Origin: Ptychomitrium polyphyllum
Lineage: Eukaryota
Assembly: GCA_973851085.1 (NCBI GenBank)
Contig: OZ316775.1
Coordinates: forward strand, 9,796,001 to 9,860,000
Direction: 5' to 3'
DNA length: 64,000 nucleotides
Shown here: positions 38,701 to 53,631 of the stretch, in pieces
How positions within the stretch are numbered: the first letter of the stretch is position 1
Layout of the letters: the number at the start of each line of letters is the position of its first letter
Notes under the pieces: generated by a model
Databases searched by the model: none
The model's input: the letters and a program-made list of their open reading frames with translations, nothing else
Told to the model about the DNA's origin: nothing
Program-made: the position numbers and the translations under genes

Positions 38701-40479
38701 TACGGGCATTGCTGACTGGTTTGTTGCTCTGAGCCCGTCTAAAATATTCTTTTCTTTTTCCTGATAACTTTGTTGTATAAGAGGCTACGTAATATGCATG
38801 GCAACATAAATTATATCAACGACATGTAGCTACGAAAACCATCTGCAAACTTGCCCTTGTAGTACTGCTGTGTGTATCAACTTGCCATTGTTGCTGTAAA
38901 ACCGCTTCCATGTTGGTCGTGCAGGCCATATCGCATCAATACTTTTGTGTGGTGCCATCATGCTTACTTATTGAGATTCTCTGATGTTTGTGGATAGCTC
39001 TTGAAATGGTTCCACCATGAGCTGAACCGAGAACATGTAATGCGGACGCAGGGAAATAGATGTGTTGCTACGCAGACGAGCAGCTATGGATGTTAATGCC
39101 TCAGCATCTACATTGCTGTCTCTTTCCCGTTTGGTATGTTCTTTATTGATTCTAACCCCTAAGATTATGACAGGACATGTCCTCTAGTTCTGAGTGTTTC
39201 CTACTATTTTGATCTCTAGTTTGCTATATTTGGGAATGTATAGAGCTCCATAAGTTTTAGCTGTATTGGAACTAGAAGAATAGCATTGCATCCTTCTTTT
39301 TGGTTGGCACAAGTGATAAACTTCAGTGTTACTAATGGCATCAGATCTGAAACACAGAGACGTCATTAAACTATTTATGGGAGTGGGCTGCTGATGCACC
39401 GCGGGGCTTGTGTGTAGGTTAGCAAATTGCCAAACATGGTCATCAAAGATGAAATTGGTGAACAGGTAAATTGATTTGAAGGGTGTTTTTCTTTTAAGGC
39501 TGAATCTGTTTAAAGAGTGTTGACAGTAGAGATCATATCACTGGTCGTCTCTGTATTCTATTATTGCTCCTGGGTCATGCCTGTGGTGTTTGGTGTCGAT
39601 GTAGCTTTTCTTCGTGTCTGCTAGAAGCTATGTACCTTTCCAAGCAGTATCTTTACAACGTTTGAGTTACGTGCGTGGCAGGTTCAGGGCTCCCTTGCTC
39701 AAGCAAAGGCAGCCCAAAGTCAATCACTTGGAGGAGCTTATCATGCTGCAGCAGGTGGGTAAATTGACTTTGCAGGTTATTGGAAGTGCTGGTCACTAAG
39801 TTCCATCTTGTGTTTTGGCTGTTCCCGGCATGCGTCTAGGAGTTTGTGAGAGCTAATATGAGGAATCACTGTGGTTCTTCATCATCGTTATTGTGAACTC
39901 AGTATTCAGTCACAGTCGGCATTGTTTTGGATTAAAATCAACGACGTTACTAGAATATAGTAAGAATGGTCTGGAATTTGTCATGTCACAGATAGCATAT
40001 TATTGTGCATCCTTCATCCGTTCATCTGCCGGATTGCAGTACATTGCTAGAAAAGGGGATCTGCTAACTTCCTGAATGGTTGTTTGATCCTGCAGAAGCA
40101 GCAAGGAAAGCACGGTCACAGGCAGAAGCAGCCTTCTTCCAGCCGTCCATCATGTCACTGCTCTATTTCCCTGCTGAACATCAGCTAGCCATTTATACGG
40201 TGTGCACTTGAAATCATTTAATCTTTCTCCAAAATTTGATTGGGTATATCTTTCAGCACCTAGTACTTGAGTGTCATTTCAAAATTGTGAGTATTAAATT
40301 CTAAAACTTTGGCGTTAAGTGATATGATGGTTTTACTAACACTCGATGTTTTGGAATTGTGGCAGCCATTTTTTGTCCCAGTTCTCCTTCACGTGCTAGT
40401 TGCTCTTCTAAAAGAAGGTTCCCGCTATAAGAAAGAGTGGCAAAAGTACAAAAGATGGCGCATGGAACAAGCAATATAG
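35718..40479 (+). CDS. PIGS: GPI transamidase component PIG-S (Gpi17)
   Basis: 13 frame-consistent exons: 35718-35895, 36158-36911, 37197-37281, 37545-37634, 37801-37874, 38021-38105, 38264-38350, 38588-38718, 39052-39133, 39418-39465, 39682-39754, 40096-40199, 40366-40479. Motifs KPPGRKRLFITFSVMFSFLLGVPFWWKSTEVYRAPLPF, LSFSLLNANPEDWIFDW, GWGGVIVYN and AFFQPSIMSLLYFPAEHQLAIYTPFFVP. Confidence 0.93.
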
Positions 40480-41890
40480 TTTCAGTACTCAGTATTCCAT
40501 AATATGTTGAAAGTATTATGCTGAAATGATTCAAGAGATCATCGTATATGATCGAACCTTGCCTTGAAGATGATTTTCTGGCATTTGAGCCTAATTAGTC
40601 ATTTTACGTTTACAGCGTCCACTTGTAAGTATATTTAAAACATTTGACACTTAAATACTTGGGCTTCGCTTCTTTCTGCACAATTATTTATAATAAAATA
40701 TGCCATAGAACTTTAAATAACTTCCTTAAATGAGTTTTTAAGACCTTATTAAATGCTTTCTTTTCTTTATCCTTCCTTTCTGTTCCATTCCCTTTTCTTC
40801 CCTGCTTTTCACTTCTGCTCTTTTTTGTTCCATTCGCATTCTTAATTTTGCCCATCCTTTCCTTCCTCTTCTTTCTCACTTAAAAATCACAATATGAAAA
40901 ATTCTTATACAGTTATCTAATGGAATAGGAACACGTCTGTTGATGACAGATTTCAAGTATGTTAACCATTCATTAAGAAAAGTGTCATCCCTATTCTCAA
41001 GCAAAAATCTAAAAGGGTCCAAAAGTTTCTAGGAATACAAACTCCTGGGGTCAAGGGCAAATTCATTATCCAACATGGTTGTTTTATTGAATATTGCAAA
41101 TCATAGTTGGGTTTTTTTTTGGCGTAAACCTATAGCAAAGTTCTCTTCAATTATTTCATTTTTTTAGGATACACAAACTTGAAAATCATAATAACTTTGA
41201 TTTTCATGTGAAAATTTTGGAACTTCATAGTTGAAAGTGAATATATAAGTTTATTCATTAATAATATGAGAATAAGTATTTTTCACAAAAATTAAGCTGG
41301 GAGATTGGACTACAGACTGAAATTTGACTTTGTTGAGGGGTTGGACATTCAGGGACTATGACACTTTATTCACCAATCCTGAGGAAACCAAGCTTTAGCC
41401 CGAAGGTTGTATTTGTAATCATGTCAACAAGTCATTAGGTGTTTATGAAGTGTCCAGAAATTGCAGTTCTCTTTTGGTTTGGATTTCCTCTAATCCCATC
41501 AAGAAGAAAATAATTCTGGCTCGTCTATTTGAGTACAGAAATGGCAACTTACAAAGTATTTGTACTGTTGTACGTAAACAACTGCTACGATTGGAGTTCA
41601 CATTTGTGCATTGAACTACCATGCCATCATTATACATCCCCACTTAACCACGCTGAAGGCCATTGTTTGGGAAACACGCGTCCAAACCATTTTCAGCTAC
41701 ATCACTGGTGCTATGCATCTACAGCTCATTGCAAACGACTACAAAATAATGGCAAACTTACGTATCTTCAAACAAACCAGTGGTAATATACTTCATAGCA
41801 CACACTGCTCATGGAACCATGTAAACCCGGCGTGTGAGAATCACAATCCTTCTGTGAAAGTCGAACGCAGCAGATCCTACATGGCAGACA

Positions 41891-43105
41891 TCAATTTTTC
41901 CTTCCCTCGGCCAAGATGATGTGATACCCGTGCCTGCAACAATCACCCAGAATTTGTTATGTGGGAAAAAATGCAAAAACCTCTCTAAGTGCAGTATACT
42001 TGCAAGCCATGAGAAGAACGTCTTAGATGCCGGAGAGAGCAGGTGAACTTACGTGGACTTAAAAGGAGCACTTAATACACCAGGGGGTGTGTTAAAGGCC
42101 ACCTCCTGGAAGGGGCCAGCCATCTTGCCCCGTGGAAACCACCCAAGGTCTCCTCCTTTCTTGCCTGATGGACACTCTGAGTACTCTGCTGCTAGCTGCA
42201 TGGTCCGAGAGCCATACCAGAATTCATGAAATCAATCTTACCGTGAAGGCACAGCCAACAAATGAGAAGCAGCGAAGAGAAAGTTAAAGCAAAATTCTCG
42301 TAACGGAACTGTGGAACTCTTGTGACAAAATGTCATCCTTGAGTTCCTAAGATTCTCAAGCAAAAATACTCAAAGCAAAGGTAGAAAATATGAACAGCAT
42401 TATCTCAATTTATGTGGTGAAAGCCAAAAAGCGCTAACCTTGGCGAACTCAGCCGGAGGAACTTTGTCTCCACTGTCCAGCCACCCTTCCTGAAGCTTCT
42501 TGTTCGCTTCATTGATCTTGCCCTGCTTTTCACACAGAATGTGCCTTGCTACAACCACCACCCACGACAATCTCCTTATTCACGTGTACAAAATGAAATG
42601 TTTTCAACCATACATACTAAGATACTCATCGTGATAAAACCTCTAAACGTCTAAAATCTACTCCCGTCTCCTAAACCCTAACCCTAACTACCTCCGAAGT
42701 ACGCACCCGTCGTTAAGATAAACTACCCAGGCTTACAGAAGGTGATGAAGCTATGAAGAGGGCAGTTTCGGCTGAACGCATCATGGTAAAGCTCTGAAAT
42801 AATAAAGTGTGCAAATCTCCCTACTCTAATTTTGTACGAATTCTGCAAAAAAACTTTTCGCAAACGTTCCAAACCATCGCCTCCGAAAAAGTGCACGACA
42901 GAAACAGGTGAGGTATTCACACAAGAGAGCCTGGCCCCATACCTTTCACATAAGTGCAAGTCCCAAGATCCTCCTTGCCCGCCTTCCCCTTCCCCTTCCC
43001 TCCCTTGTCGTCGCCCCCTCCGCCCTTGCCCTTTCCCCCCGCGTCCTTGGCCTTCCCACCGGCGTCCTTGGCCTTCCCCTTGTTCGCCGTGGAATCCTTC
43101 CCCAT
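41891..43105 (-). CDS. PIN4: Parvulin-type peptidyl-prolyl isomerase, Par14/PIN4-like
   Basis: Exons 43105-42943, 42548-42439, 42195-42053, 41933-41891. Lys/Gly-rich N-terminal tail followed by VKARHILCEKQGKI...SECPSGKKGGDLGWFPRGKMAGPFQEVAF...HGYHIILAEGRKN*. Confidence 0.95.
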
Positions 43106-43654
43106 CCTCCTGCACCTCTATCCCCACTGCCACACCCACACACCCACCCTCAGTCATCCCACTCCATCCATGCACCCACCTTCAACAATCCCCTCCCAAC
43201 CCCGCCACTGAACTCCCAATTGTCATCACCGCTCATCAGAATCCAAAGCATGCAACCAACAAAGGACAAACAAACCTCCAAAGTGTCCAACATCATGACA
43301 GTCACTCAGTCATCCCCATGGCCCCCGATCCATAGTCGGCTGAAAAAACACTGCAAAGTGGGTGAGATGAGTAGCTGCTACTGCTGCGGAGAGAGTGATC
43401 ACTTTACCACGTAGCGCTTCGGAACCAACCAAGACGGCAGTGAAGCTGCAGATTCAGAGCTTGCAATGGTGGTGCTGTCCGTGAGAGAGAATTGCAAAGC
43501 AAATCGGAATCACTCGTGCAAGTTGAGAGGGTGCTCTCCACACCACCATCTGCGGAGCTCGTGCCGAACCTCATGCCGAACCTTAAGCGAAGCTGGGTCC
43601 GAACCTCATCTTGGAGCTGGTTCCGGAGCTCAGCCACCTTCTAAAGCTAAAGGT

Positions 43655-43705
43655 TGAAGGAGTTTGTGTGCAACATCACCAAACTAGGTTCATGTCTTCA
43701 TGCAT
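43655..43705 (+). repeat. Dispersed repeat copy B (possible LTR/TE terminus)
   Basis: 44/51 identical to 1846-1896; sits at the switch from GC-richer promoter DNA to an AT-rich tract. Confidence 0.7.
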
Positions 43706-43762
43706 TTGGCCACATATATTTGGAAGCATAAATACATATATATATATATATACACACATGTA

Positions 43763-43795
<33 letters not shown>

Positions 43796-45293
43796 ATTTT
43801 TTTTATATTCTACCATTGGAAGCTTTAAGGTGAGTTGTTTTAAGTCTTTAATATCTAAAGTATGTTCTAAAAGGCTTTGAAATTCATAGTAATTAACATT
43901 AACAGTATATTAATTTATAACATACAATCATTTAGCTTATAGTGGATTTATAGAGTAAATTCATAAAAAATAGAGCTTAATTAAAGGTTTAACTTGTATA
44001 TCATTCTAAAATTATTTGTATTTTATGATAAATAATACTTCACATGAATTATGTGAATTTCATAAATTATATAACTTTATGACTATATCATGTTTAAAAA
44101 AGACAACAATTTTTTTGATGTAATGTTCTTTAATATGAATGGTTTTAAACTAATACTTCATTATTTCTTTCAGCATTAAACTTGAGTTTATTATATATTA
44201 TACTTATTTGTTAAGTAGATTTCCTTCACCATTTATTTTTAAAAGGTATTTTCCTTACAATTATTGGTTCTAAAGAATCCTAAAGAAATATTAAAACACT
44301 CGTAATTTATTATAATAATTGGAGGAAGTTTGGGCTTCTAAGATGAATCAAAGGTTTATTTGAAAGAAATTATTTTAGGGAGATTTAAAGTTTGAAGTTC
44401 TTTAATCACACTTTAATATTGCAAAAGCTTCTATTGGTTTATCAAGACTCATACTATTATAGTATATAATAGTGGCATAGAACTCTTGTTGTAAGCAAAG
44501 CATATGCTCTCTTGCATAGCTACAAATCTCTCTTTCAACAAGAGGGTGAGATTTTTTCATGGTGCAAATGCTGCAACTGCAATTGTGAAGGTAGATTTGG
44601 AAGAATAAAGATCTCCATTGCACCCATGAAATCTTTTGGTACAATTGTGAAAAATTGCAACAATTTTAGTCAAACTAGCAATAGAAGTTTTTTTTTTTTT
44701 TTTCCACCTGCTACATCCAATGTTATACATTAAAAAATAAATATATTTTTGGATGTACATATTGGATGAAAAGACTTATTCATGCACATAAATATATCTG
44801 TCAAGCATTACAATGTCTTAAAAACGTATATAACTTTTAAAAATATATATATATGATTTGACTTGTAAATAATCCAGATGTTTTTCAGTTATAAACCTAA
44901 TTAATTTGAAGATAGCACAGATTTATGATGTTAAAAATTCCTTCTCGGAAGAGCTCTATTAACCTAGTTTTGGTTCAAGTCCTTGCAACCAAGAGACTAC
45001 CGGTAGAATGTATCTATCAGCAATTTCCCGTTAATCTCCACAAACGCACAGGATTTAGGTGTAATGAGAAGCTATGAAGAGATCATAGAATATCAAACAA
45101 AATGTATCTTGCAACTTGAGTTTACCATCGTACTGTCAATATGTGCCAATTACAATACTACTAATTGTTTCCCTCACGACAGCTCATAAATTAGAATTAG
45201 CTGTCCGAAATGCTAAGATGAGAAGGTAAAAAATGTTAGATCTACATACTGTTGGTTCCAAAACGATACTGCTAGTGAAAAACGCTATATGGG

Positions 45294-48200
45294 TCACTGC
45301 TCTTTCCGGGCCTTCTTGCTGCCGTATTGACGTGGGCCATTGCTCTTTTCCTGTTGAGCTCTCTCACGATATCGATCCTTAGCTTCTTCACGCTTTCTCT
45401 TCTTAGTCATATCTTCTTGGGCAGCTTGTTTAAGTAAATAAACCTTCCGCTTCTTATCTTGCTCAAGCTTGCGCTTCTTTGCCTGCTCAGATGATTGTAC
45501 CAACGATAATTAGAAAGAGCACAGCTGGACAATTGGCACGTATTTCATTGCAGGGACAACACTAACGATAGTTAATATATTAGTCATGAGAAGGTGTAGA
45601 TAGTTTGAGCTGGATGATTACAATTACAAGTAGATACCTCTTCGAAAGCATGTAACCAAAATATATACCTTTTCATTGCGTATTAGACTGAGTTGATTAA
45701 TCAGCGTCGCGACATGCCGCTCCTGTGGTTCCATTAGGACAGCTCTTTTCGACTCCAACAATGGAGTCTTGCGCTTCTTCTGAACCTTCGGCTTGCTTTT
45801 GAAAGGTAGTGCCTCTTGTAAAGATGCCGGAATTTTAAGTGTATTAAAATGTCGAGGTTTTCTCTCAATTTTCTGCCCCCAGCCCCACATCAAAACATCG
45901 AACATGAATATATACGAGATAAGCTGGTACAAGTACCGTCAAGAACTGACAAACAACTCCAAAAGGTACTCTACCATAAAACTTTCAGAAGAAAGTCACT
46001 GAGGTTGAAAGAATACCTTGTAAAGAGAGTCTTGTTTGACAGGGACAGCCAGGTTCTGTATCCTTCGAAGCTCTCTAACCGTCTTCATACCCTTCCACTG
46101 AGCATTTTTCGCTTGCAGCAAAGTTGTAACTGGATTGAAAAATTTAGGGATGTCAACTTTTGTCCAAGCACGAAGGAACACGATGTCGCTCATTAAGATC
46201 TTATCTTCAAACGTACACCTGACGCTGCCTTCTCTCCACTCTTTCCCTTCTTTCCCTTGTCCAGCTTTCACTGCCTGCACAATTTAAAATAACGAAAACA
46301 AATTAGCGTACTTCAATCAACAACTGGTTTGTGATTCAGTCAAATTGTCTTGATTCTATCTTGATGAGTTAGATTAAGTTCTTCCCGAAGGAAAAGGCGA
46401 CACTAGCATCACATCCTTGCGTATCTAATCTTTCCTAGTTATGTTCACGGTGAAAGTAAAGAGCCTTGATTAAGAGAATCCCAAAATAAGAGAGTGCTAA
46501 AGGGTTACAAAGGTCGGCGAACGTGAAAGCCTTATGACGCGTAATACCACGTGAATTTCTTACCTTCTTGATCTGCCCACGAATGCCACTGACTGTGCGA
46601 ACAGCAGCACCCTCAAATCGCGCCACTTCTAGTGCAGATGTAAACATATCCTTCACAAAAGCCGTCTTCTTGAATATCTTGTACGGATATCCGACGAGCT
46701 TTAATTTCTTAACTATTGAAACAGATTGGTCTTGATCTAGAACCACGCCCGTTGCACTGATTCGGAATGTTGACTGCATAAAATCACCGGGAAGGTATCT
46801 TCCTGTCAGTATTCTTGAACAAATTTCCTGGACACTAATACAAGTCGCCATTTGCAATGCAAAATGACACAAACTGAACCTAATACTCTCAAAACTCCAC
46901 AGATTTGCAGAAACGTGGAACACCAAGTGGGTTGCAAGAAAACCTGTGCGTTATTTAGATGTTGAAAAGCAATGAGGCCAGAATTTGGAGGCGCTATGGG
47001 TCCATAAAAACTGGCTAAACAATGCATATGCTCGGGTGTATATTTAAGCATTCGATGGCGCCCGTTCCTATCCTCAATTGAATAAACAGGTATTGTTTGA
47101 AACCTTCGCCATCCAACGGACACAACAAGTGGGTCCCGATTCTTGAGAACCTTCCGATGCCATCGATGCCTTTTAATTCTAACCTGCAATACAATCACTT
47201 AATACATTACAATACAAGATGCAGATGATGATTCTATCAGCTTTCTGCATCATAAAGTCAATGCAGATGCGTGACTCTATCAGCTTCATAAATCAGGAAC
47301 GGAAATTCAGAAAACGAAAATGGTACAACATTTAGACAGAATGATTAAGAATATGTGATTGTGATACCTGCATGAAGCCCACAGCTTCCTCTCCACGAGC
47401 TAACCCGCCAACCAGCAAAGGAATAGTTGGATCGAAGTACTGGACCATTTCATAAGGCATGCAATGAAGCTCAAGACGCAAGTAAGTACCTCCTCGATAA
47501 CCTTCCATCTCTATCCTCGTTACGTCATCAATCTCTGCCAGTTCAGCTAGATTCTTCTGTTTCCGCAAAGCAATCTCATCCTTAAGCTGCAGACTCACAC
47601 ATAAAAAAGGTCACTACAAGAAACAGGCTTTGCTAAAACATAATTAAGAACTCACATTATAACTATTATAAATAGCATCCTTAAATTAGTAGGAGAAAAT
47701 GGTGGACACCCCTACAAAATGGTTTACCTCTGTACCCCGAGAAAAAATACGCCTGATGGAAATATAGCACATGTGAGTAAAACATATAACATTAAGCAAA
47801 CCTGGTCAAAGTAGTCCTTCTCGCCAGAATCATTTGAGGCACCTCCAAATCGCTTGTTCTTCTCTTTCTCAACAAGAGGTTCTTCAGCAGCATCTTCGGA
47901 TCCCTCGTTATATTGCGCATCAAATCTGGCTCTAAGTGCAAGTTTCTTCAACCGTCTCTCCTCTTCTTCCGCAGAAAGCCCACCACTGTTTCCAGGGTCT
48001 ACATCCTCCCCTTCGTCTTTCTCAGGCTTAGCTGCAACATGTTGCTCTCCCGTTTCTAGGTCCTCAAAATCTCCAAATATTTCGTCGTCCTTAAACAGGT
48101 CATCTTCATCATCAACACTTTCCCTTGCCTTACCCCTGTTGGCGGCTTTATTCCAGTCACCAGTGACAAAACGATCACGTATTGACTTAATAATTTCAGA

Positions 48201-51200
48201 GTCGCGCCAATCCTGGAATGAGTTTGGATCCTTTTCTAACCTACTGCAATCCTCTGCGTCAATATCGTCAAGGTTTACGGCCCCACTGCTAGAAATCTGC
48301 AGCCAGGGAGCAATTATATTTAGTGAATTAAAATTTACATAAATTACAATCACACTGCTTCAAATACTGGACAGATGTGAGAATGGAAGTCAACATCAAA
48401 GACCATATAAAACAATTAACGTTTCTAAATGCTAAGATAAAGAAACAAATTACCATGACAATATCCAGTGTATAATAAACACAAAACTCTAAACATGTGA
48501 TCAAGAAAGACTGATGAACTACACATAAAAGTAGTTCTGGCTAGATCATGAGTAGTTACTCTCAAATGACACAAGCACACACGCAGCCGTTAGCCTCCAG
48601 AAATGACTGCGTGTCGAGGTAAAAATTAATTGCATACGAGCAGTTCCTTGCAGATGCCGCCAGATACGGGTTGTGATATGATCAAATAGAAAATTAATCA
48701 CTACACTAAAACAAGAGTCAAACCCCACCTTACGATCATTCTTTCTCAACTTGAACAGATCATCATCGTCAGTGTCAGAATCCAGGTTCTGAAGAGAGCT
48801 TCCTTTTAAAGATTCCTGCTGGCCATACACCAAGCGCATCAAATCTACTTTCTTCTCCACATTTGCAAGAGCTCGTGCAAACAACCCCTCCTTCCACCGT
48901 GATGCATCTCCAAGGCTGCCTCTTTCCTCTGGAAGAATCAATAAATAGAGCTATCAGTATAGCTCCAACCTAGCAAGACATACAGCTTGATGACTTTTAG
49001 TATAGAACAAGGGACATTGCGTATCCTGATACTCTTGCACTTCAATCGATGTCTGCATTTATAAGAACTAGGTTCTGTACAACAAGAAAACATGACATAC
49101 ACACATCAGGCCTGCATGCAGGGTTATAAGAAGCAGTTTGGCGATACCAGTTGCATCCTCATTCTCAGACAAGTTGAAATGTCCCTCCGCTGTTTGCTCA
49201 AGTTCATCCCTTGTAGGCCCATCCATCTCAACATTCCTCTCACTCGAATTCCTGGACGTACGTCTACCTTCTTCTCTCTCATTTTCTTCATCATCCTCTT
49301 CATCGTCATCTCCATCATCATCACTGTCATCCTCCTCCTCACTTTCTTCATCCAATCCCTGAAAACAAAGAGAAATTGCTTACTGGCTATCTTAATAGCA
49401 AAACAAGCTCCTTCTTAGCATACAATGTGCTATGTCATTCGACAATAAACACAAGAGATGAACTTAATCCCGTGAGTAAACTACAGTGATATTACAAATA
49501 TCATAAGAGTATGTTCATGAAAACCTATTGATATCAAATGAGCGTACCTTATTTGGCGCATTGAGATCCACAGACTCATCACTGGAGTCATCATACTCAA
49601 CAACTTCTTGATTGTCCAACCCACTTGGTCCAGCTTCAGTCTCTTCCTCATCCTCAAAAACAGCTCTTCGTCTCATCCTTCCATTGACAAATTCCTGAAC
49701 TTCAGATGGCTTCACCTTCTTAGTAGCTGCCTTGGAACTAGCCTTCTTAACAACAGCAGACTCCTGATTATCCTTCTCTTTTTCCTCTTCGTCATCCTCA
49801 TCATCACTCTCTGAATCACCACTTTTCCTTGCAACCTGCCCATTGGATGAAGACCCTGTCTGTTTTCGAGTCTTCTCGTCCTCTTCGTCCTCGTCTTCTT
49901 CGTCGGCCTCTTCATCTTCTTCTTCGTCGTGATCATCATCATTCTCATCCACTTCATCATCCTCGTCTTCATTCTCATTAACATGATCATCATCACCAAT
50001 TTCCTCTTCCTCACTTTCTTCCTTCCCTTTAGCATCATTCGAATCCAGCCTCATAGGTCCACTACCTCTAAAGAGCTGTATAAAGCTCTTCTCCAGTTTC
50101 TCATCTATAGAGTACTTAGTGTTTTGAAGAGTCTTCACCATAGCCACGCCGACGTCATCATTTTCCACTCCTGACTCTGGATCTAATACTTCAGTTCCAT
50201 TTCCTTCAGGCTTGGAGTATTGCACCTGATGATCATTAATATCCACATAGGTAGCATCTTTGTCATAGAGCACCTCCCCAACGTTTGACCAGGGTGAATA
50301 AAGAAGTTTTTCTTTCTCTCTTAGCCCTTTCTTCTTTGTAGCCGAAGGAAGAGGGCAGGGATCCTCAAGTGCCGAGACTCCAGCTAACTTGCAGTCACCC
50401 ACACCTGCTATGTGCACCTGTATTCCAGAAAACAAAACAAAACAATGCTGAAATTAACACTTATAACAATTTAGAGTGATCGTACTTTCTCCAGAGAAGA
50501 ATGAAATCAGTTGGATGCATAATATTTTGAAATAGATAACCATCAACAAGCTCGTACTAATGTACATCCTATGCCAGCGTGGATTGAAGTATTGGTTCAT
50601 CTTCGAAAGAGCTTCTAAATTCCCCGAAATTGAGAAAAGCCCAGATGCACACAAACCTTCATTCCTAGCTTGAGATTGCTACCACGCAAGTAGCCAAAAA
50701 GCGCTACATTGCGATCACATTTGGGGTCTTCTTGAACTCTCTCGGGAGGGGTCAAATCTTCAAAACGGTCAGCTAAAATATAGGGATGTACTGCACGCCA
50801 CGAAAGAGGCCGGAACTTTGCAATAGAGATAAATCTAGCCAGATTGTGCACCTCTCGCTTTGGGTACCTGTACACCACAAGGAAAATACATTATTACATT
50901 GAATCGAACTTAACTTCACTCATTCAAGACTCAATCGAGTGCTAGTACAGTATCCACGCCAGACTGAGGCGTGCTAGTAATTCTTACTTTCCGTAGACAA
51001 GGCCTGAGAGATAAAACAATTTAGCTCCGTCATAAATTTCTGTCCAGAAACGATTTTTCAACTTTTTCTTCGTCTTCCGCAATTTCTTGGCGTCTTTGAA
51101 CTTATCTAGATGCGTTAGCACTCCCATAACTTTTGGAAAACCATGAACTTGAAGCACATTGAGGAACTCAAAAGTTTCCTGCACAGTCAAAACTTATAAT

Positions 51201-53475
51201 CAGGTCCCACCTCTATGAATAGGAAAACATGGATCTCACCTAAAACAAACAAACACGCTTGCCGTTCAAAAATTTTAACAGCTGGAAACAACTTGAGATA
51301 ACACCATCGTGAAGAGAAACATACCATCTCAAATCCATAGCTTCCATCAGTAAGAAGTAAAACTAGGTCCGCAAACTTAGCAGCATCAATCATAGCGTTG
51401 ATGTCATTTGCACACTCCACAAACTGCAGCCTCCTCTGCTTACCTACAATCGAGAGAAAAAGACTTGAGATTACATAACTCAAATTTATCGTTTTAATCA
51501 GCAAGATCTCATACATGTCGCGCTGAAAATCACTCATTCGACAAAGAAAGAACAATGACTGTTTCAATGAATTCAACGATATGTACAACTTCATCATCTA
51601 CACGCCCCACAATTCCATACTGGCCACCTTGGTCGTAAACCTAGTACTACATAAAAAATACAAAATCCTCTGAAACACACTATCACAGGAATCAAAGAAG
51701 AGGACCTATATACAATAGTGAACTGACGAACGAAAGGTGATTCATCCGAATATTTCTAGCAGATCTTCGGCTAGACCAGCCGCCCCCAAGAATCACCAAA
51801 ACTTCCAATTGCCTTCTTGAGTGTCTGAAAGGTATAAATACCCTAAAAGATTTCAAGCAAAACTCCCAGTGATCTAACCAACATAGCTTCTCCATTGTAT
51901 ACAGATTAAAATGTGAACGTCAATAAAACCATAGTTAAAAGATATATTAGATATATTACCTGATACAACAGTAATTGGGCCTCGAACTTCCGTCAAATTG
52001 TGTTTGGTATAATGTTTTACCAGAGATTGAATCAAAAGAGTCTTTCCAACCTAAAGTGACAATTACGTCCTCAGAATCACAGCAAACAACTTAACGACAA
52101 ACCGAACTTTGACAACTTACGAGCTCCGTATTTAGTTCCATACAACCCATAAAAATCTCCTCATTGAATCAGTTCTACATTCTACAACAATGACAGCACC
52201 CGGTAGTTGCTGAAGTTTGTCATCCTTAGAATTCAAGTTCACACGTATCCAGCATAAAAGTCAAAGTTCGCTTTTACAATTACCACGTCAAGTATAGGTG
52301 CAATCTCCTGTCTCTATAGGAACTCAAGAATCTAGTCAAAAGCAGCATTTTTTAATTGCAACGACCACGTTATTCTATAGCACTCCAATGCAGAAAGTGT
52401 AGACTATTGTAGTTACCTGCGGTGGTCCATGGACAACAATTACGTAAGGAGGAGGTTCGCCGGTCGTTCGATCTACGATAGGAACATGAAGTCTTCGCTG
52501 GTCTTTCTCTGCAGTGCGAGCCTGCAATCGCTTTGCCTTCTTGGTTGAATTGAATGTAAAAGCCTGATCACAACAGAAGACACATCAGACTTGACCACAG
52601 TTCAGACCGCCAAGAGCATGCTACTTGCAACCTAGCAGTAGTAACGCGAAATCTAAAAAAGGTAAAAGCACTACAGGAATTCATTACAGTACGCAAGATC
52701 AATTCATCTGTGAAATCGCATTGACCATCGTGGATTGGCATCTATTGCGTTAGTATGACCGAGGAAATAGACCAAAAGGCCTGCATAAGTTTATCTCGGT
52801 GGGTGAAATCACTTCAAACGGAATTGAGAATCGAAAAACCTTGCAAAACCCTCCGCAAGACGTCAAGAAGTTTTTCGAGTGCAATTCACATCCAGGGTCC
52901 AAAACAGTGCAACTGTCCTGTCGTAGTGCGCCCCTTTCTACAGGCCTAGAATGCGAGGAGTTAAACCGAAAACAAAATTGCTCAACCTCCTCATCAGCTG
53001 CCAGCTAAAAGCTATGTCCATAGCCAGCGATTTAGAGCGTGCATCCCCAGCCCTCTCAGGCGTTTCAATACCATGAATTTGCATCGACCGCCGCTTAATA
53101 CATTCTACACTGCAAACTCCTACCTTTGACGAAAAAAAACCATGCACAGACTCATGCACCAAAAATCCTCATATAAAATTGCTTCAGCAGCGCCAGATTT
53201 TTTCCCCCGAGAAGCCAACCCTGGCTTGCACACGCAACCTTCAAGCATCGATCTAAGGATGCAGGTGACTACTGCATCATCGGTCAATTCACAACCATTG
53301 CAGTATAAGCAACAGACGAACAAACCTTCGGATTCCTCTCCTTCCCGCCATCCACACCACGCTTCTTCTTGTCAGTTTGCTTCTTTTTCTCCTTCGCAGG
53401 CCCAGCCTGTGGCACTCGGTGCTGCTTCTGCTTCGCCTGGGAACTTTTCCCCGCCAACCCCAGGGCGGACACCAT
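45294..53475 (-). CDS. BMS1: Ribosome biogenesis GTPase BMS1
   Basis: 16 coding exons: 53475-53326, 52563-52417, 52050-51960, 51443-51325, 51178-50988, 50867-50657, 50417-49548, 49358-49148, 48928-48729, 48296-47802, 47586-47368, 47183-46944, 46773-46564, 46274-46017, 45872-45669, 45482-45294. P-loop [22 protein letters not shown], acidic middle region, [14 protein letters not shown] and [14 protein letters not shown]. 5'UTR intron at 53583-53483. Confidence 0.97.
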
Positions 53476-53631
53476 CGTGAACCTGAAACCTCACTCACAA
53501 CCCCTCAAGCCACGTCCACAAACTCAAAAACCCGACAAAACCCCCCTTCATTCCACCATCCCGCAACCCCACACCTCGCTTACCAAACACAATCGCCCTG
53601 CTCTTCGGAACACAAAACCCCTCTCAGCAAT

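Noticed and set aside
42671..42687. CTAAACCCTAACCCTAA as a telomere remnant or telomerase template
   Set aside because: Only about two units inside parvulin intron 1; better explained as an ordinary telobox.
47219..47287. ~25-bp imperfect duplication in a BMS1 intron
   Set aside because: Simple local slippage duplication with no functional signature.
51495..51600. Possible intronic C/D snoRNA in BMS1 (ATGATGA...CTGA on the minus strand)
   Set aside because: Weak terminal stem and no rRNA-complementary guide that I can recognise; it would need snoscan or small-RNA evidence.
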